DNA of 64,000 nt from Haliotis cracherodii. Lineage: Eukaryota. The notes below the pieces were generated by a model that was not told the origin of the DNA, ran no database searches, and was given only the letters and a program-made list of their open reading frames with translations. Positions 13,211 through 27,933 of the stretch are shown in pieces (position 1 is the stretch's first letter; each line of letters opens with the position of its first letter). Location: assembly GCF_022045235.1 (NCBI RefSeq), contig NW_027266308.1, positions 57,536,001 to 57,600,000 on the forward strand, written 5' to 3'. The position numbers and the translations under genes are program-made.

Positions 13211-14654
13211 GATTTTTATGGAGTTTTGAAATCAAGAATAAAAGAGGAATGTACATGTCTTCAGGTTTTAAAATCAAACCCAAAGTTGATGGTACTGGTG
13301 CGTGGTTGTGGCAGATGCGATCATGGATATGAACACTGAAGTACTAGGCTAACGCCTGGACCCTCCCTCTCTATGAACATCTCAGCCTGCGATCACAGTG
13401 AACTAGACACACGATCCAGCAGGGCAAGGCGATTGTTGTGGCACAAGACACTCCACCTTTCATCTACCTGTAAATCTGGGTTAATCGCTTAATTACAGGT
13501 AACACTAGGAACACAGGCTATAACAAACTAAATATCACTAGTGACAGCTCTACTTACCATGGCCATTGTCGCACATTATCAGTATATATCTGTTATTGCT
13601 CGTTCTGAAAATGGTAAAGTCTCTCAACGTTAAATAACTTTCAGGTAATGAATACACAATTGACAGGTTTACAAATAACGCCTGAAAGTTGCCATCATGC
13701 ACTGTGTTGGTATTGTAATATACAGAACGAGGGTTGTTCCTTGTTGTGTAGTGGTGGTACTTCGTGATAATAATTACCTGTATGTATCTACGTGTCGACC
13801 ATATCGGGATGGTGTGTCTTACCCATAATTACCGTGACCTTCTCGCCATACAGATGTCATCAGAACAATATCCCAGACTTGACATCGGTCTTTTACATCC
13901 GATAGACTTACTAAACCTCTGCTGAAACAGTAGCTGGTCTATTGGTAGCCTAGTGGTTAAGGCGTTTGCTCGCCACACCGAAGACCGTGTTCGATTCCCC
14001 GTATGAATACAGTATGTGAGTCTTGGTATCCCAGTTGTCATATTCCTGGAATGTTGACAACTTAGGCCTAAGACTTCATTTGCCGCATTAACAAGAGCCA
14101 CAGATGTCGAAAACTTGAAGTATTTCGTCTCAGTAAGTGTCTACAAAGTAATACGCAAGTAAGCACGAAAATGTGCAGCATTAAAGACCCGAGACTGACG
14201 AACCAATCCAATAACCAGTTCAGTAAAGGTCAAGGACATAGTGTAGTTGACCCAGAAACAAATCTACGACTACAGGCCAACAAAACCAGATTTACTAACA
14301 CACTATCTGTAGCTTCTTTCTGGCTTCGAAGAGTCTATTTCAACGTTTTGTTGGAGACAGTTGTAGGATAACTGCCCGTAAATGTATGCAATCATTTCAT
14401 TCGTTCACAAGTTTACAACAAATATATATACTGCATTAACACATGTTACAGTATTGTCAGAAGATGGATCTGGTACCGTAGTGCACCAAATAAAAGCGAT
14501 ACAGTTAGCGTGTCTCCATACTGAACGTCAGTCAACAATAGTTCAACTTTGTACTTGGACATAATATGTCTTATACATAAGCGTGAATTTAATTACGTTT
14601 GACGTCTCGTTACTGAACAATTGATAATCTCTTACACATAAATTCTTGGGAAAC

Positions 14655-14889
14655 GGGTGTTTTTAGTCGTCTGAGGCACCGCAATTCGCTTTGCAGATTT
14701 GCATCCCTTGGACACACCAGAAACCTATGATTGTGGGTTCGAACCGATTATGTTTCTAGGTTTATAAGCAACATACATGTGCTCGTGGGTTTCACCTAAG
14801 TGGAAAAAGACCTTTCCTCTCACATTAAGCTGACACGCGTTGATATAACTGAAATACTGTTCAAAGCGGCGTTAAACCCAATTCACTCA
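14655..14889 (+). mobile_element. SINE family C (diverged)
   Basis: GAAACCTATGATTGTGGGTTCGAA...GCGGCGTTAAACCCAATTCACTCAC. Confidence 0.75.
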
Positions 14890-15326
14890 CATATAAAATC
14901 ATCAGACCCCAACAATCTTGTTACAAGTCAAACGAGAACAAAAAAAACATCTCTGACTGAGCGTGTGTTACACGAAGTCCCGGCTTTTTTTATCGTATAC
15001 GGTAATCACATGTAACATCCATGAAAGGCCTTTTTATACGGCCAAAGGGAAATTACATAGCAACACGTCAAGACATGAAATATCTTTATTTGTTTTCATA
15101 ATTCGATTACCATTAGTAAACATCTCCAGATAACACGAATATAACGAAATATAGATAAGTTAAAATCCCTGATCGGCGTTAAAAACTGTATGATTGTGTG
15201 AATAGCGAAATGTAGATACAACGAATTGATGTTTAGGAGTTTATTATATCCGCAGATGACTAGAGTGTGATTACTCGTTTGAAGTTCATCACAAATTCAA
15301 ACTCTAGCGGTTTCCCCGAATTTCGC

Positions 15327-15340
15327 GTCGCTATGGCAAC
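15327..15340. promoter_or_regulatory. Candidate RFX X-box
   Basis: GTCGCTATGGCAAC matches the GTYNCY-AT-RGYAAC consensus and sits in a locally CpG-rich patch. Confidence 0.35.
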
Positions 15341-15447
15341 TGCTGTAACTAGGATAAGACTTGCGGTATCACCATCCACGGCGGCAAAGACGACGCTGAA
15401 CTACATAGTTGTGTCGTCTTCAATTGAAAACACTCCAGGAACAATAT

Positions 15448-16700
15448 TCTCTCTTACAGTCACATGCGTCTCCCATATCTATGTTACCTCTAATCACGAT
15501 AAACCCCTTCTCTCTCACAGTCACATGCGTCCCGATATCTAGGTTACCTCTAATCACGATAAACCCCTTCTCTCTCACAGTTACATGCGTCCCCATATCT
15601 ATGTTACCTCTAATCACGATAAACCCCTTCTCTCTCACAGTTACATGCGTCTCCCAGGATTCAGTTACCTCTAATCACGATAAACCCCTTCTCTCTCACA
15701 GTCACATGCGTCTCCCCGGATTCAGTTACCTCTAATCAGGATAAACCCCTTCTCTCTCACAGTCAAGTGCGTCTCCCCGAATTCAGTTACCTCTAATCAC
15801 GATAAACCCCTTCTCTCTCACAGCCACATGCGTCCCCATATTTATGTTACCTCTAATCACGATAAACCCCTTCTCTCTCACAGTTACATGCGTCTCCCAG
15901 GATTCAGTTACCTCTAATCACGATAAACCCCTTCTCTCTCACAGTCACATGCGTCTCCCCGGATTCAGTTACCTCTAATCAGGATAAACCCCTTCTCTCT
16001 CACAGTCAAGTGCGTCTCCCCGAATTCAGTTACCTCTAATCACGATAAACCCCTTCTCTCTCACAGTCACATGCGTCTCCCCGGATTCAGTTACCTCTAA
16101 TCACAATAAACCCCTTCTCTCTCACAGCCACATGCGTCTGGCAGGATTCAGTTACCTCTAATCACAATAAACCCCTTTTCTCTCACAGTCACATGCGTCC
16201 CCATATTTATGTTACCTCTTATCACGATAAACCCCTTTTCTCTCACAGTCACATGCGTCCCCATATTTATGTTACCTCTTATCACGATAAACCCCTTCTC
16301 TCTCACAGTCACATGCGTCTGGCAGGATTCAGTTACCTCTAATCACAATAAACCCCTTTTCTCTCACAGTCACATGCGTCCCCATATTTATGTTACCTCT
16401 TATCACGATAAACCTCTTCTCTCTCACAGTCACATGCGTCTCCCAAAATTCAGTTACCTCTAATCACGATAAACCCCTTCTCTCACAAAGTCACATGCCT
16501 CTCACAGAATTCAGTTACCTCTAATCACGATAAACCCCTTCTCTCACAAAGTCACATGCCTCTCACAGAATTCAGTTACCTCTAATCACGATAAACCCCT
16601 TCTCTCACAAAGTCACATGCCTCTCACAGAATTCAGTTACCTCTAATCACGATAAACCCCTTCTCTCACAAAGTCACATGCCTCTCACAGAATTCAGTTA
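15448..16700. repeat. 59-61-bp minisatellite
   Basis: Unit CTCTCTCACAGTCACATGCGTC...GTTACCTCTAATCACGATAAACCCCTT, about 20 copies. Confidence 0.95.
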
Positions 16701-17689
16701 CGTCTCATATTTCTTCCGCCCGATTTTATTTCGCAATGTCAATTAAAAAAATTACGTTTGATTTCACAGAACAGATCTAATCCCGTTTTCTCAGACATTG
16801 TTTCACAGACAATCAATGGACTACATTAATAACAATAGTTACCAGTATTAACTCCAGCCGTGTTCTCGGAAATGTGTAAAAGATATACCTGTGGATAAAG
16901 AGCGCCGCCGTCACTATGACATTAACGCGCAGAGTACTAAACGCTGTTTGGTTCCGTGTAGAATGGGTTAATGAAGCGTTGACAATACTCGATGCCAAGA
17001 GAATGACTTAAAAGAGCAATACAAAACAATACATAGGCCATAGAATAGCGATGCAGTTTTTAGAAGAAGGATTGTATAGTTTTTATGATGATTGTGTTTC
17101 ATTCAGAGAAGATTATTGCGTTAAAATGGCCGTAAATAACATAAATTGTGACGAGGTGTGTTGATGGTTTAGTTTTATGTGTTTGATCGATCTCAACGTG
17201 GAAGAGATATGGTGCTCTAGGCTTGAGTTGCTGACAGATTATCTCGGGGTTTGTTTTGGCACACAGACATTCGGATCCTCTCGGCTTTTTCCGTTACTTC
17301 CATATGTCTAGGGCAACAATGGAGGAGTGATACTGCATGATTTCACTGTAAACTGTCTCCCTATCCATCCCACTCATAACGACTCTTTAACATGACTGGC
17401 TTTATGAGAAAGGTTTTTCATGGTTACATGTGTACAGTTTTATATGAAACAGTCTCGGGTTTTTGTATGTGTACATTACTTTAAGTTTCACGTACCTGTG
17501 TACTGTTCCCTCCGGAGGGGTTAACGAATATGCCACTTGTTTTTAAGTCCTTCCCATATAGCCTGGTTTCTGGTTTTACGTGCGTTGCGTAACCTTTGTT
17601 ATATGAAGGAGCATATTTTTATCACATCTCTTTTCCATATTCTGTTCTAAATTGTACTTTAATTCCAGATTTTTCATTTGAATTAAAAA

Positions 17690-18110
17690 CATGCATGATT
17701 AGTTAACTAAACTAAACTAAACATCTGCAAATTTGTAATTAGTTTGACTAAACGGACCTATCCACCTAGTTTATGATTATTTAACTAAACAGGCATATAC
17801 TGCCATAAAAAATTGTGTCTATCTTGTCATCCGTCAACTTCTAAGTAATGCCTATCAAACAATTTGCAAGTTCGTGATTATTTTAACCAAACTGACCCTT
17901 CCTGCTAATTCATGATTATTTTAATTAAATCAACCTATCCTGCAAGATCGTCATCATGTAAACTACACAGACCTATCCTATTTTATTTAAACTGATCCTT
18001 CCTACTAATTCATGTTTAATGAAACTAAACTAGTCTATGGTGCTACTTCGTGATTATATTAACTGAACTGACCTGGCTAGTCATTATAATATTGACTAAA
18101 CTGCTTGCCT
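17690..18110. repeat. Old degenerate ~40-bp tandem array
   Basis: Recurring TGATTATTTTAACTAAACTGACC-like words. Confidence 0.55.
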
Positions 18111-18399
18111 GCCTGTATGGTTCAACGAACACTCACTGTGCAGGCTAGATATGGAAACTATCATGGATGTGTGGTATTGGTTGGTTTCTTTGATCATGTG
18201 CAGAGTACGGCTTCACTTTTATGATAAACGTTTGACCGCTCCAGGATATTATCTCAATGTGTAGTGAGGACAGTGGTAAGCAAACACACTAACATTGACC
18301 CAGCCTTTAGAATGGGTAGGTCAACATTTCACCTTGTAGTGCCACTATCTGCCCCAGGTCAACTCAATACACCTTTATACCACGAGTCTACCCCTAAAC

Positions 18400-20698
18400 A
18401 ATAACCAGCACCCATATACCACCTCCCATTAGTCCGCCTCTACACACCCTACCAGCTCCCTTATGCCACCACCCCATAGTCCACCTCTACACACCACTAC
18501 CCACTAGCCCCTTTGTACCACCACCCCATAGTCCACCTCTACACACCCCACCAGCTCCCTTATGCCACCACCCCATAGTCCACCTCTACACACCACTACC
18601 CACTAGCCCCTTTGTACCACCACCCCATAGTCCACCTCTACACACCCCACCAGCTCCCTTATGCCACCACCCCATAGTCCACCTCTACACACCACTACCC
18701 ACTAGCCCCTTTGTACCACCACCCCATAGTCCACCTCTACACACCCCACCAGCTCCCTTATGCCACCACCCCATAGTCCACCTCTACACACCACTACCCA
18801 CTAGCCCCTTTGTACCACCACCCCATAGTCCACCTCTACACACCCCACCAGCTCCCTTATACCACCACCCTATAGTCTACCTCTACACATCCCACCCCAC
18901 CAGCTCCCTTATACCACCACCCCATAGTCCACCTCTACACCCCCCACCAGCTCCCTTATACCACCACCCCATAGTCCACCTCTACACACCCCACCAGCTC
19001 CCTTATACCACCACCCCATAGTCTACCTCTACACACCCCACCAGCTCCCTTATACCACCACCCCATAGTCAACCTCTACACACCCCAACAGTTCCCTTAT
19101 ACCACCACCCCATAGTCCACCTCTACACACCCCACCCCACCAGCTCCCTTATACCACCACCCTATAGTCCACCTCTACACACCACTACCCACTAGCCCCT
19201 TTGTACCACCACCCCATAGTCCACCTCTACACACCCCACCAGCTCCCTTATACCACCACCCTATAGTCCACCTCTACACACCCCACCCCACCAGCTCCCT
19301 TATACCACCACCCTACAGTTTACCTCTACGCATCCCACCCCACCAGCTCCCTTATACCACCACCCTATAGTCTACCTCTACGCATCCCACCCCACCAGCT
19401 CCCTTATACCACCACCCTACAGTTTACCTCTACGCATCCCACCCCACCAGCTCCCTTATACCACCACCCTACAGTTTACCTCTACGCATCCCACCCCACC
19501 AGCTCCCTTATACCACCACCCTATAGTCTACCTCTACGCATCCCACCCTACCAGCTCCCTTATACCACCACCCCATAGTCCACCTCTACACACACCACCA
19601 GCTCCCTTATACCACCACCCCATAGTCCACCTCTACACACCCCACCCCACCAGCTCCCTTATACCACCACCCCATAGTCCACCTCTACACACACCACCAG
19701 CTCCCTTATACCACCACCCTATAGTCTACCTCTACACACCCCACCAGCTCCCTTATACCACCACCCTATAGTCTACCTCTACACACACCACCAGCTCCCT
19801 TATACCACCCCATGGTCTACCTCTACACACCCCGCCCGCTCCCTTATACCACCCCATGGTCTACGTCTACACACCCCACCAGCTCCCTTATACCACCACC
19901 GCATAGTCAACCTCTACACACCCCAACAGCTACCATATATCACCACCCCATAGTCCACCTCTACACACCCCACCAGCTCCCTTATACCACCACCCCATAG
20001 TCCACCTCTACACACACCAACAGCTACCTTATACCACCACCCCATAGTCAACCTCTACACACACCAACAGCTACCTTATACCACCACCCCATATGTCAAC
20101 CTCTACACACCCCAACAGCTACCATATATCACCACCACATAGTCCACCTCTACACACCCCACTAGCTCCCTTATACCACCACCCCATAGTCAACCTCTAC
20201 ACACCCCAACAGCTACCATATACCACCACCCCATAGTCCACCTCTACACACCCCACCAGCTCCCTTATGCCACCACCCCATAGACAACCTCTACACACCC
20301 CAACAGCTACCATATACCACCACCTCATAGTCCACCTCTACACACCCTACCAGCTCCCTTATACCACCACCCTACAGTCCACCTCTACACACCCTACCCC
20401 ACCAGCTTCCTTATACCACCACCCCATAGTCAACCTCTACACACCCCAACAGCTACCATATACCACCACCTCATAGTCAACCTCTACACACCCCAACAGC
20501 TCCCTTATACCACCACCCTATAGGCCACCTCTACACACCCTACCCCACTATCTCCCTTATACCACCACCCCATAGTCAACCTCTACACACCCCAACAGCT
20601 ACCATATACCACCACCCCATAGTCCACCTCTACACACCCCACCAGCTCCCTTATACCACCACCCTATAGACCACCTCTACACACCCCACCAGCTCCCT
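18400..20698. repeat. C-rich 47-bp minisatellite with 52- and 56-bp variants
   Basis: Unit CCACCACCCCATAGTCCACCTCTACACACCCCACCAGCTCCCTTATA, about 45 copies. Confidence 0.95.
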
Positions 20699-21681
20699 AA
20701 AAATATATCAGTGCCCCTACGCCACTATCCGCTATTACACAAATACCGTTAAAGTCAACACAAATCAATGGCAGCTTGTCACCTTCTAACCAGGTTTAGC
20801 TTATGTTGCCGCTCAGCTTTTTGACCGAAGCAAACCCTATTCAGAGAAATACATCGGTGCATAATTTGAAATACAATTTAAAATTTAGAAAAAAAGACCA
20901 ACATATTTTAAAAGTGTTAATAAATGCCCATTCACATTCATACGTTGAATATATGTTCTAAATATTACAGGTTCCTGTCAAACTTGAATGTCGTCCACCC
21001 GAGTTGGTTTGTTCATGCTATACATTATTAATCAGTCTAGAATGTGAATTATATTTTTCCCGTGAAGATTATTCTACTCATTCAAGTATTCAAGCGTGAC
21101 TGTTACGTTTGAAGCGAGATACTGTTTCAGTGTGAGACCCCGCTGTACACGCCAACCTTTTACAACATAGCTGGCTACCGACACCCGTAAGAGCACGTGC
21201 ATCAAGTCTAGCCCCCTGTATTTTCCTGGGGCCTGCTATCTATTGATCTATCTATATCTATAGACCTACCGATCAGTCGACTCTCTCAAGCAGTGGTTGC
21301 CGGCTGACGACCGACGGAGTACCTTTTCGGAAAATTTCGCTCCCGTCAACAAGTTCCATTTCAAATCAGGTAACTTTCAACTGTGATGTTAGTACAAATT
21401 GTTGTAGCAGACAACTTAATGCCTTTGTGATACTAGAAATGCAGAAATGAAAGCCCGTTCCAAAGGAGTTTTAAACCTATGTAGCTTGGTGTATATTAGT
21501 CCTTGACAATATTTATTCATTTCAACCAATATCCTTTAGTCCAGATTGACATTATACTATCCTAGTCGAAGTTGAGTATCATTTACGTCTTTCTGAGTAT
21601 CTACCAGTAAAACTTTCTACCTGAGAAAATACAGACATTATCAATAGTCAGTTTCACATGTCACTGCCTTTGTCATGGTGT

Positions 21682-22498
21682 CAGTTGAAGAAACTGTTAT
21701 TTATATTGACACTGTTGAAGAAATGGTCATTTATACTGACACTGTTGAAGAAACTGTTATTTATACTGACACTGTTGAAGAAAGTGATATTTATAATGAC
21801 ACTGTTGAAGAAACTATTATTTAGACTGGCACTGCTGAAGAAACTGTTATTTATACTAACACTTTTGAAGAAATTGTTATTTAGACTGACACTGTTTAAA
21901 CAACTGGATTTATACTGACACTGTTGAAGAAAGTGATATTTATACTGACACTGTTGAAGAAATGGTCATTTATACTGACACTGTTGAAGAAACTGTTATT
22001 TAGACTGGCACTGTTGAAGAAAGTGATATTTATACTGACACTGTTGAAGAAATGGTCGTTTATACTGACACTGTTGATGAAACTGTTATTTATATTGACA
22101 CTGTTAAAGAAACTATTATTTAGACTGACACTGCTGAAGAAACTGTTATTTATACTAACACTTTTGAAGAAATTGTTATTTAGACTGACACTGTTTAAAC
22201 AACTGGATTTATACTGACACTGTCGAAGAAACTATTATAAATACTGACACTGTTGAAGCAACTGTTATTAATACTAACCCTGTTTAAGAAAGTGTTATTT
22301 AGACTGACACTGGTGAAGCAACTGTTATTAATACTGACCCTGTTTAAGAAATTGTTATTTAGACTGACATTGTTGAAGCAACTGTTATTTATACTGACAG
22401 TGTTGAAGAAACTATTATTTATACTGACACTATTGAAGCAACTGTTTTTTATACTGACACTGTTGAAGCAACTGGTATTTATACTGACACTGTTCACG
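21682..22498. repeat. 30-bp AT-rich minisatellite
   Basis: Unit GAAGAAACTGTTATTTATACTGACACTGTT, about 27 copies. Confidence 0.95.
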
Positions 22499-25400
22499 AA
22501 AGTGGAAACGTTGTAACTCAGATGTCGTTAAAGTGGGATTAGGTGGAGATTGGATCTTCTAGTCAGGATGTGGGGAGTAGGGCGTCGGGTGGGGGGTGGG
22601 GTAGGGACCTATGATGGACACGAAGGGTCTACGGACGAAGTTAATATCAATTGGCTTACGTGGTTTGTTCTTATGTATACTACCGGTTGTGTGTGTCGAG
22701 GTGTTAATCATATGTACGTATCCCAGTATTGGTGGCAGCCTTTATTAGCTAGAGAATATATTCAGGATTTAGGTTCGTTATTGGACGTGTTTGTAGACTG
22801 GAGATTGTTGTGTATCCGAACACGGAGGGAAGAATAAAGCATAGAACTAAACCTATAGCTAATCTTTAAAACGAATCTCACCTCGTGAACCCAAGTGGTA
22901 TGTTGTTTTTAACATCAGAGCAAAGACAAATTACTACCGCCATGAGGGATGGTATAAATGCATGCAGTGGATTAAAATTCATGAATATTTCATAAGTAGG
23001 GTATTACAATACCTGGCTCCGTCTACCTCCAGTCGGTATACTATTGTGTAATGATGGCAGTTTGATGGCAGCATGTGGAGTGACTCGCAGCGGGATCATT
23101 AACGGAATTATATTATTTGTAATGGTTCATAGATTTATTGGTAGCAATGTCACGGTTGAATTACGTGAATTGACATATAATAAACGTGTTTTGTGCGTGA
23201 TCAGATGTAAATCCTACAACAGGGTGGTCCGTTATCATATGTTCATGAACAACTCCCTGTCGAAATGTGGGTGCAGTATATGACTCGGTGGGCATTGGCG
23301 TGTGGGGTGACTAAAAGGGGATTGCGTGGTCACAATGGATCATCACTGTGGACAGTACAAGGTGACCACTTGAAAAGGCTAACTCGTCACTTACTTCGAG
23401 CGACCATTACATAATTAGATTAAGAGTGGGCTTTGTGAAATATAATACAGTCACTATACAATTTCGTCCTCGGTTTGTTTTGCGAGACACTTTTATCAAG
23501 ATGTAGTGCTACTGATGTGAGAATTTCAGTGTGACGTGTTTAGACCACGTGTTACTTTCAGTCTTCCAGCCTTATATTATGACTTGATGGCTATCATTAA
23601 AATGGGTCGTTAGACAGTTAAACCTATTGAAAACTTATGCCCACGCAGAATGTGTGTGCACAAGAGATGTTATGAAAGTTTTTTCGCCGTCTAGTGTTTT
23701 ATTGGTTAACGAACCCACCGATTCTAAAGAAATCAGGATTGTGAAAATAAGAAAACAAACAATGACGCTAAAAGTTTATTATTCTGTTTCAAGCACAGCT
23801 TAAGTAGCTTAAGACAATATTCATAAACCCACTAATTATCAAATAAGGCCTCATAAGAAAACGTTGTACTGTAAACAAGCCTGTCTTACATCAAGACACT
23901 GCCAATTTAGCTGATGAACGCACATGGCCTGACAGGTAAAATGGAACGAGGAAACACACTTCAAAATAATTCAAGAAAACACAATTCAATACCGTCTTTA
24001 GTCTAGAACTCAATATTTTGAAATATTGACTTGAATGCATAGCACAACATGAGTATCTTTATAAGCCCACCTTAACAATTAGGCCACATACCCTGAATGT
24101 GTATATGGTAATAATTTGTAATTAATGAATGGACGATGGATATATTAAAAACAACGATTTGTTTAAAATTGGTTTGCCACTTGCGATATATTTACTGATA
24201 TCATGATTTATTTGTATTTAGCAAGCAGTAAACACGAGAAGAACTATAGAGGGAACATATCAAAAATACTGTCTACATTTTTTTAGCAGATTGATGAATT
24301 TCTTATCACTGACCTGGCTGACCGATTTCACTGTTTGAGCCTTCTTTCAAGAAATATACAACTGCTTGTTTGTTCTAAGCCTTGTTTATTGCAGGGTGTT
24401 CTAGATAACAAGGCCGGCTGATTGAGTGCCAATTGAACCACACTTACTGCAGTGACAGGGAGCTTTCTACAGACATTTGTCATAGAACAGTCCTCTTAAA
24501 CACTCCAGTATGATTAGAAATTATGACTGCGGGTGTCGCCAGTTGCCGGGTGGTCGCACAGAGCTTATCTCACTCTATCATCAAAATGGGTATAGTTTCA
24601 ACTACGGGAATACGTATCGGGTTTATTCATCACACACAAAATACGTCCTCGAATGAATATTTGTTATATGCAGCACACTATGAATATAGTGTTATATCTA
24701 ATTACTGGATTTTTTAAAAACACAGTGATAGTGTTTCGTTAACTAATATATACGTGACACACTATAAGACATAATTAAGTGATTTAAAGTGTTATACAAA
24801 AATACCAGCTAAGTTTTGTGTTTGTTTAATTTGTTTGACTGCTGTTAACACCACTCTCTGCAATATTCCAGCTATATCATAGCGGCTTGTAAATATTCAG
24901 TTATGGACCAGACAAACCAGTGATTGATATTGGGATCATAGCCCTTCGTCGTCAGGGCACGATGACATGCTATCAGTCAAGTCACAGAGCCTGGCTACCC
25001 GATCCATTACTCGCCGCGTATGAGAAGCGTAGGTTCCTGGAACCCGTATCTACCAAGGTATCCCCCCATACCCTTTCACATTGAAGTAATCTCACCTTGG
25101 AATCCCCTAGTATCAGCCAGTGTAACGACAAGAGAGTATATGCAAGGTACCGTGACGTAACCTTAACAATTCCTTCATGCGGATTACGAATGATAAATTC
25201 TCAACAAGACGGTTCGAATACCTTAATACCTTCACGAGGGCTTAATTCCATTATATACACCTATACACTGTCGTCAAACTACATATAAGTGTGCATGTTA
25301 CCCGCACAGTATTCCGGCCCAGGTACATGTCCGTACACGGTTGTTTCAATACAACACACTCGACAGTTGGTATTGATACCGACAAGTAATTTCACCGGCA

Positions 25401-26789
25401 ATATGAAAAGTAATAAGACCATTCATAAAGATAAGGAAAGTCCACCTCGTCGGAGTAAATGCCCAAGCCTGAGGACATCAGCGTCACGTACATGTCAAAC
25501 CTTTATTAACGCCAAGCCTGGGTCCGCGTGGGGTACACACAAACTGTAGACAGTCCCTAAACCCATACCTTAATAATTGTCCATTATTGCTCGGTATTCA
25601 TACAATACTCTCCAAAACGGCCATGTCCCTTTATCGCTGGAAAATGACCAAGTTTTGGACATTGCCCATAACGGTAGGAATCCCTCCTTGAAAGCAAGCA
25701 GTGAACCGTCACTACGTTAATTGTGTAGGAAACCTGGCGCAATATATTCTTCTTGTGCTGTTCAGCTTGTTTCGGGCCAATGTCTAAGATTTCATTCCGC
25801 GTGTTATTACTGAGACTTATTTATTTGATGTCTGGAGTGTTTTCTTACACCCATTGTCGTGTAAGTCTAGCTTATGAGATTTCTGTCGACCTGTAGGCTT
25901 TTGAAGAAAAACGACATGTTTACCGATTGATGTTTCATGATGCGTGGAAAGCAAGCCGGCTTCCTGTAACGTATTGTCAACTTAACATGCTAAGACTGCT
26001 ATGAACATGTGCAATATACATTGTGAAATTGAAAACGCACATTTCTCCTATTCTGTTCAGACAACTCCTGGTTGCCATGCTGATTAAACTACAGAAATAT
26101 CAGCGTTGACATTGACATTTGCCTGTACATGCTAATAATAATGATGTTAGAATGGCGTCGGTCCCATCAATCAGTTTTAATGTAGTAAACCATACATGTT
26201 CAGAAAGAAAATGTATATCAACGTCTTGTCAAGCTCTAAATTGAGTTATTTTTTTATAACCACAGAAGATATCATATATGTTTTCTGTTAATACAGTTAC
26301 TTATGCAGGTAAAATGCAAAAGGTTGATATAGTGAAATTTAAAAATTGTAGAATCAAGGAAGACAAGGCTTATGGATTTGGAGCTCTTGAATTATTTTAA
26401 TCGGTGGTTTTGGTACAGGTACCAGTAAAGTAGCATCTTTATCTAGCAAGTGGAGCCATTTGACAGTCATGTCTTCATTATGCTGAAAAGGCAGAATGAT
26501 AATACTAATTCTTTTACTTCACTTACTCAAACGTAACATATGTTTTAACAGTACATGATAATACACTGAGCATATCTTGCTCAATACGAATTCATTTATT
26601 CTTCAACAGGATCGGTCGAATCCGTTATTCCGATCTCACAGGGAATATACAACTCTTTATTTGATTAACACTTGATTATTTTCTTATCTAGGTCGAAACA
26701 GATGTAGCAGAGTAATGAGTGAATGTGGGGTGACACGGAAGAGACACGACTAAACGAAACGAGCCTTTGTTATTCTGTCACGTTCAGTC

Positions 26790-27720
26790 AAAACGTTCGC
26801 AGAACAAAGTATTTAAAACGATGTCAAACGAATAGTTCCAACATCACTTTCAATATAATCCCCCTTAACCGCAATGGTTTTGGCCCATTTATCATGCAAG
26901 CTATTTATGCCAGGAATTCCATCAATCACCCTTCAGTTGAGGCCTTCAGACTTTCAGCATCTTCAAACCGGGTACCACGATGGCAGGCTCTCAGATTCCG
27001 GACCAGATTAATCATTAGGAGCCAAGTATGGGCTGTAGGGTGAGTGGTTGAGTTGTTCGAAGCCACAATTGCGATGCCAGCTTGACCAACCCTCGACTTG
27101 TTCACTGGTGCATTGTCACGGAACAGAAATACTCCAGCTGTCAACAGTCCTCTCCCTCTCACTTTGGTTGCTTGCCTCAATGTTGTCTTCAAATGAGCAA
27201 GATAGACACCCACGATTGTTGTTGGAGGCAGGTAGTCAACAATACACACGTCTTTTGCATCCCCCAACAAACGTTTCCCAAACCTTGCCTGCTGATGGCC
27301 GAGTGTGGAACTTCTTTGGCAGTGGGATGTATGGTACTTACTGTTGGGACTCAAGTTCCTAGTGTTGAATCTATGCCTCATCAGCCGTGCATGACAATGG
27401 TGGGATCAGGCTGGTTCTTCTTTATACAGTTCAAGGAGCACGCGAGTTGACTCCATCTTGCACACTGTGGCCGAGGTACCCATCTGGCAGACACCATACA
27501 CACGCCCACATGCTCGTGAAGTATTGTTGGGAGATTGGACACGCTTTGTTCATTTCATCTTGATACAATGATCCTGCACAATGAAGACCTCAACCCCAGC
27601 AATCATTTCATCAGTGATGAATCCAAGACCTTAGATTTTTTTAAGACTTTCTCGGTCTTTCTTGAATTCAGAAGAACATTTTGCAATTGTTGAATAATTG
27701 GGGTCTCCGTCACAATAAAC
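26790..27720 (-). mobile_element. Decayed mariner (Tc1/mariner) transposase remnant
   Basis: DAKDVCIVDYL..RGLLTAGVFLFRDNAP..RGTRFED matches the mariner DD34D core; frameshifted; ends near VKGDYIE. Outer limits approximate. Confidence 0.8.
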
Positions 27721-27781
27721 ACAGGAACTTGATGTTTACTATGTAATCCTATCTTATCATATTCATGATTTCAGATGAGTA

Positions 27782-27933
27782 GGGGGCGGTCGGGTAGCCT
27801 AGTGGTTAAAGCGTTCGCTCGTCACGCCGAAGACCCGGGTTCGATTCCCGACATGGGTACAATGTGTGAAGCCCATTTCTGGTGTCCCCCGCCATGATAT
27901 TGCTAAAAGCGGCGTAAAAACCATGCTCACTCA
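27782..27933 (+). mobile_element. SINE family A (tRNA-Asp-like head, (CACT)n tail)
   Basis: A box TAGCCTAGTGG, B box GGTTCGATTCC; TSD TTCAGATGAGTAGG at 27770 and 27934. Confidence 0.85.

Noticed and set aside
13460-13780. Cluster of CAGGTA/TACCTG words as an enhancer
   Set aside because: A six-base word that is common across the window; enrichment cannot be shown by eye.
21658-22516. Leu/Lys-rich amphipathic ORFs
   Set aside because: Translation of a 30-bp tandem repeat; frames break at the 29-bp units.
27782-27860. Functional tRNA-Asp gene
   Set aside because: The acceptor stem does not pair; it continues into a SINE body with tail and TSD; many dispersed copies.
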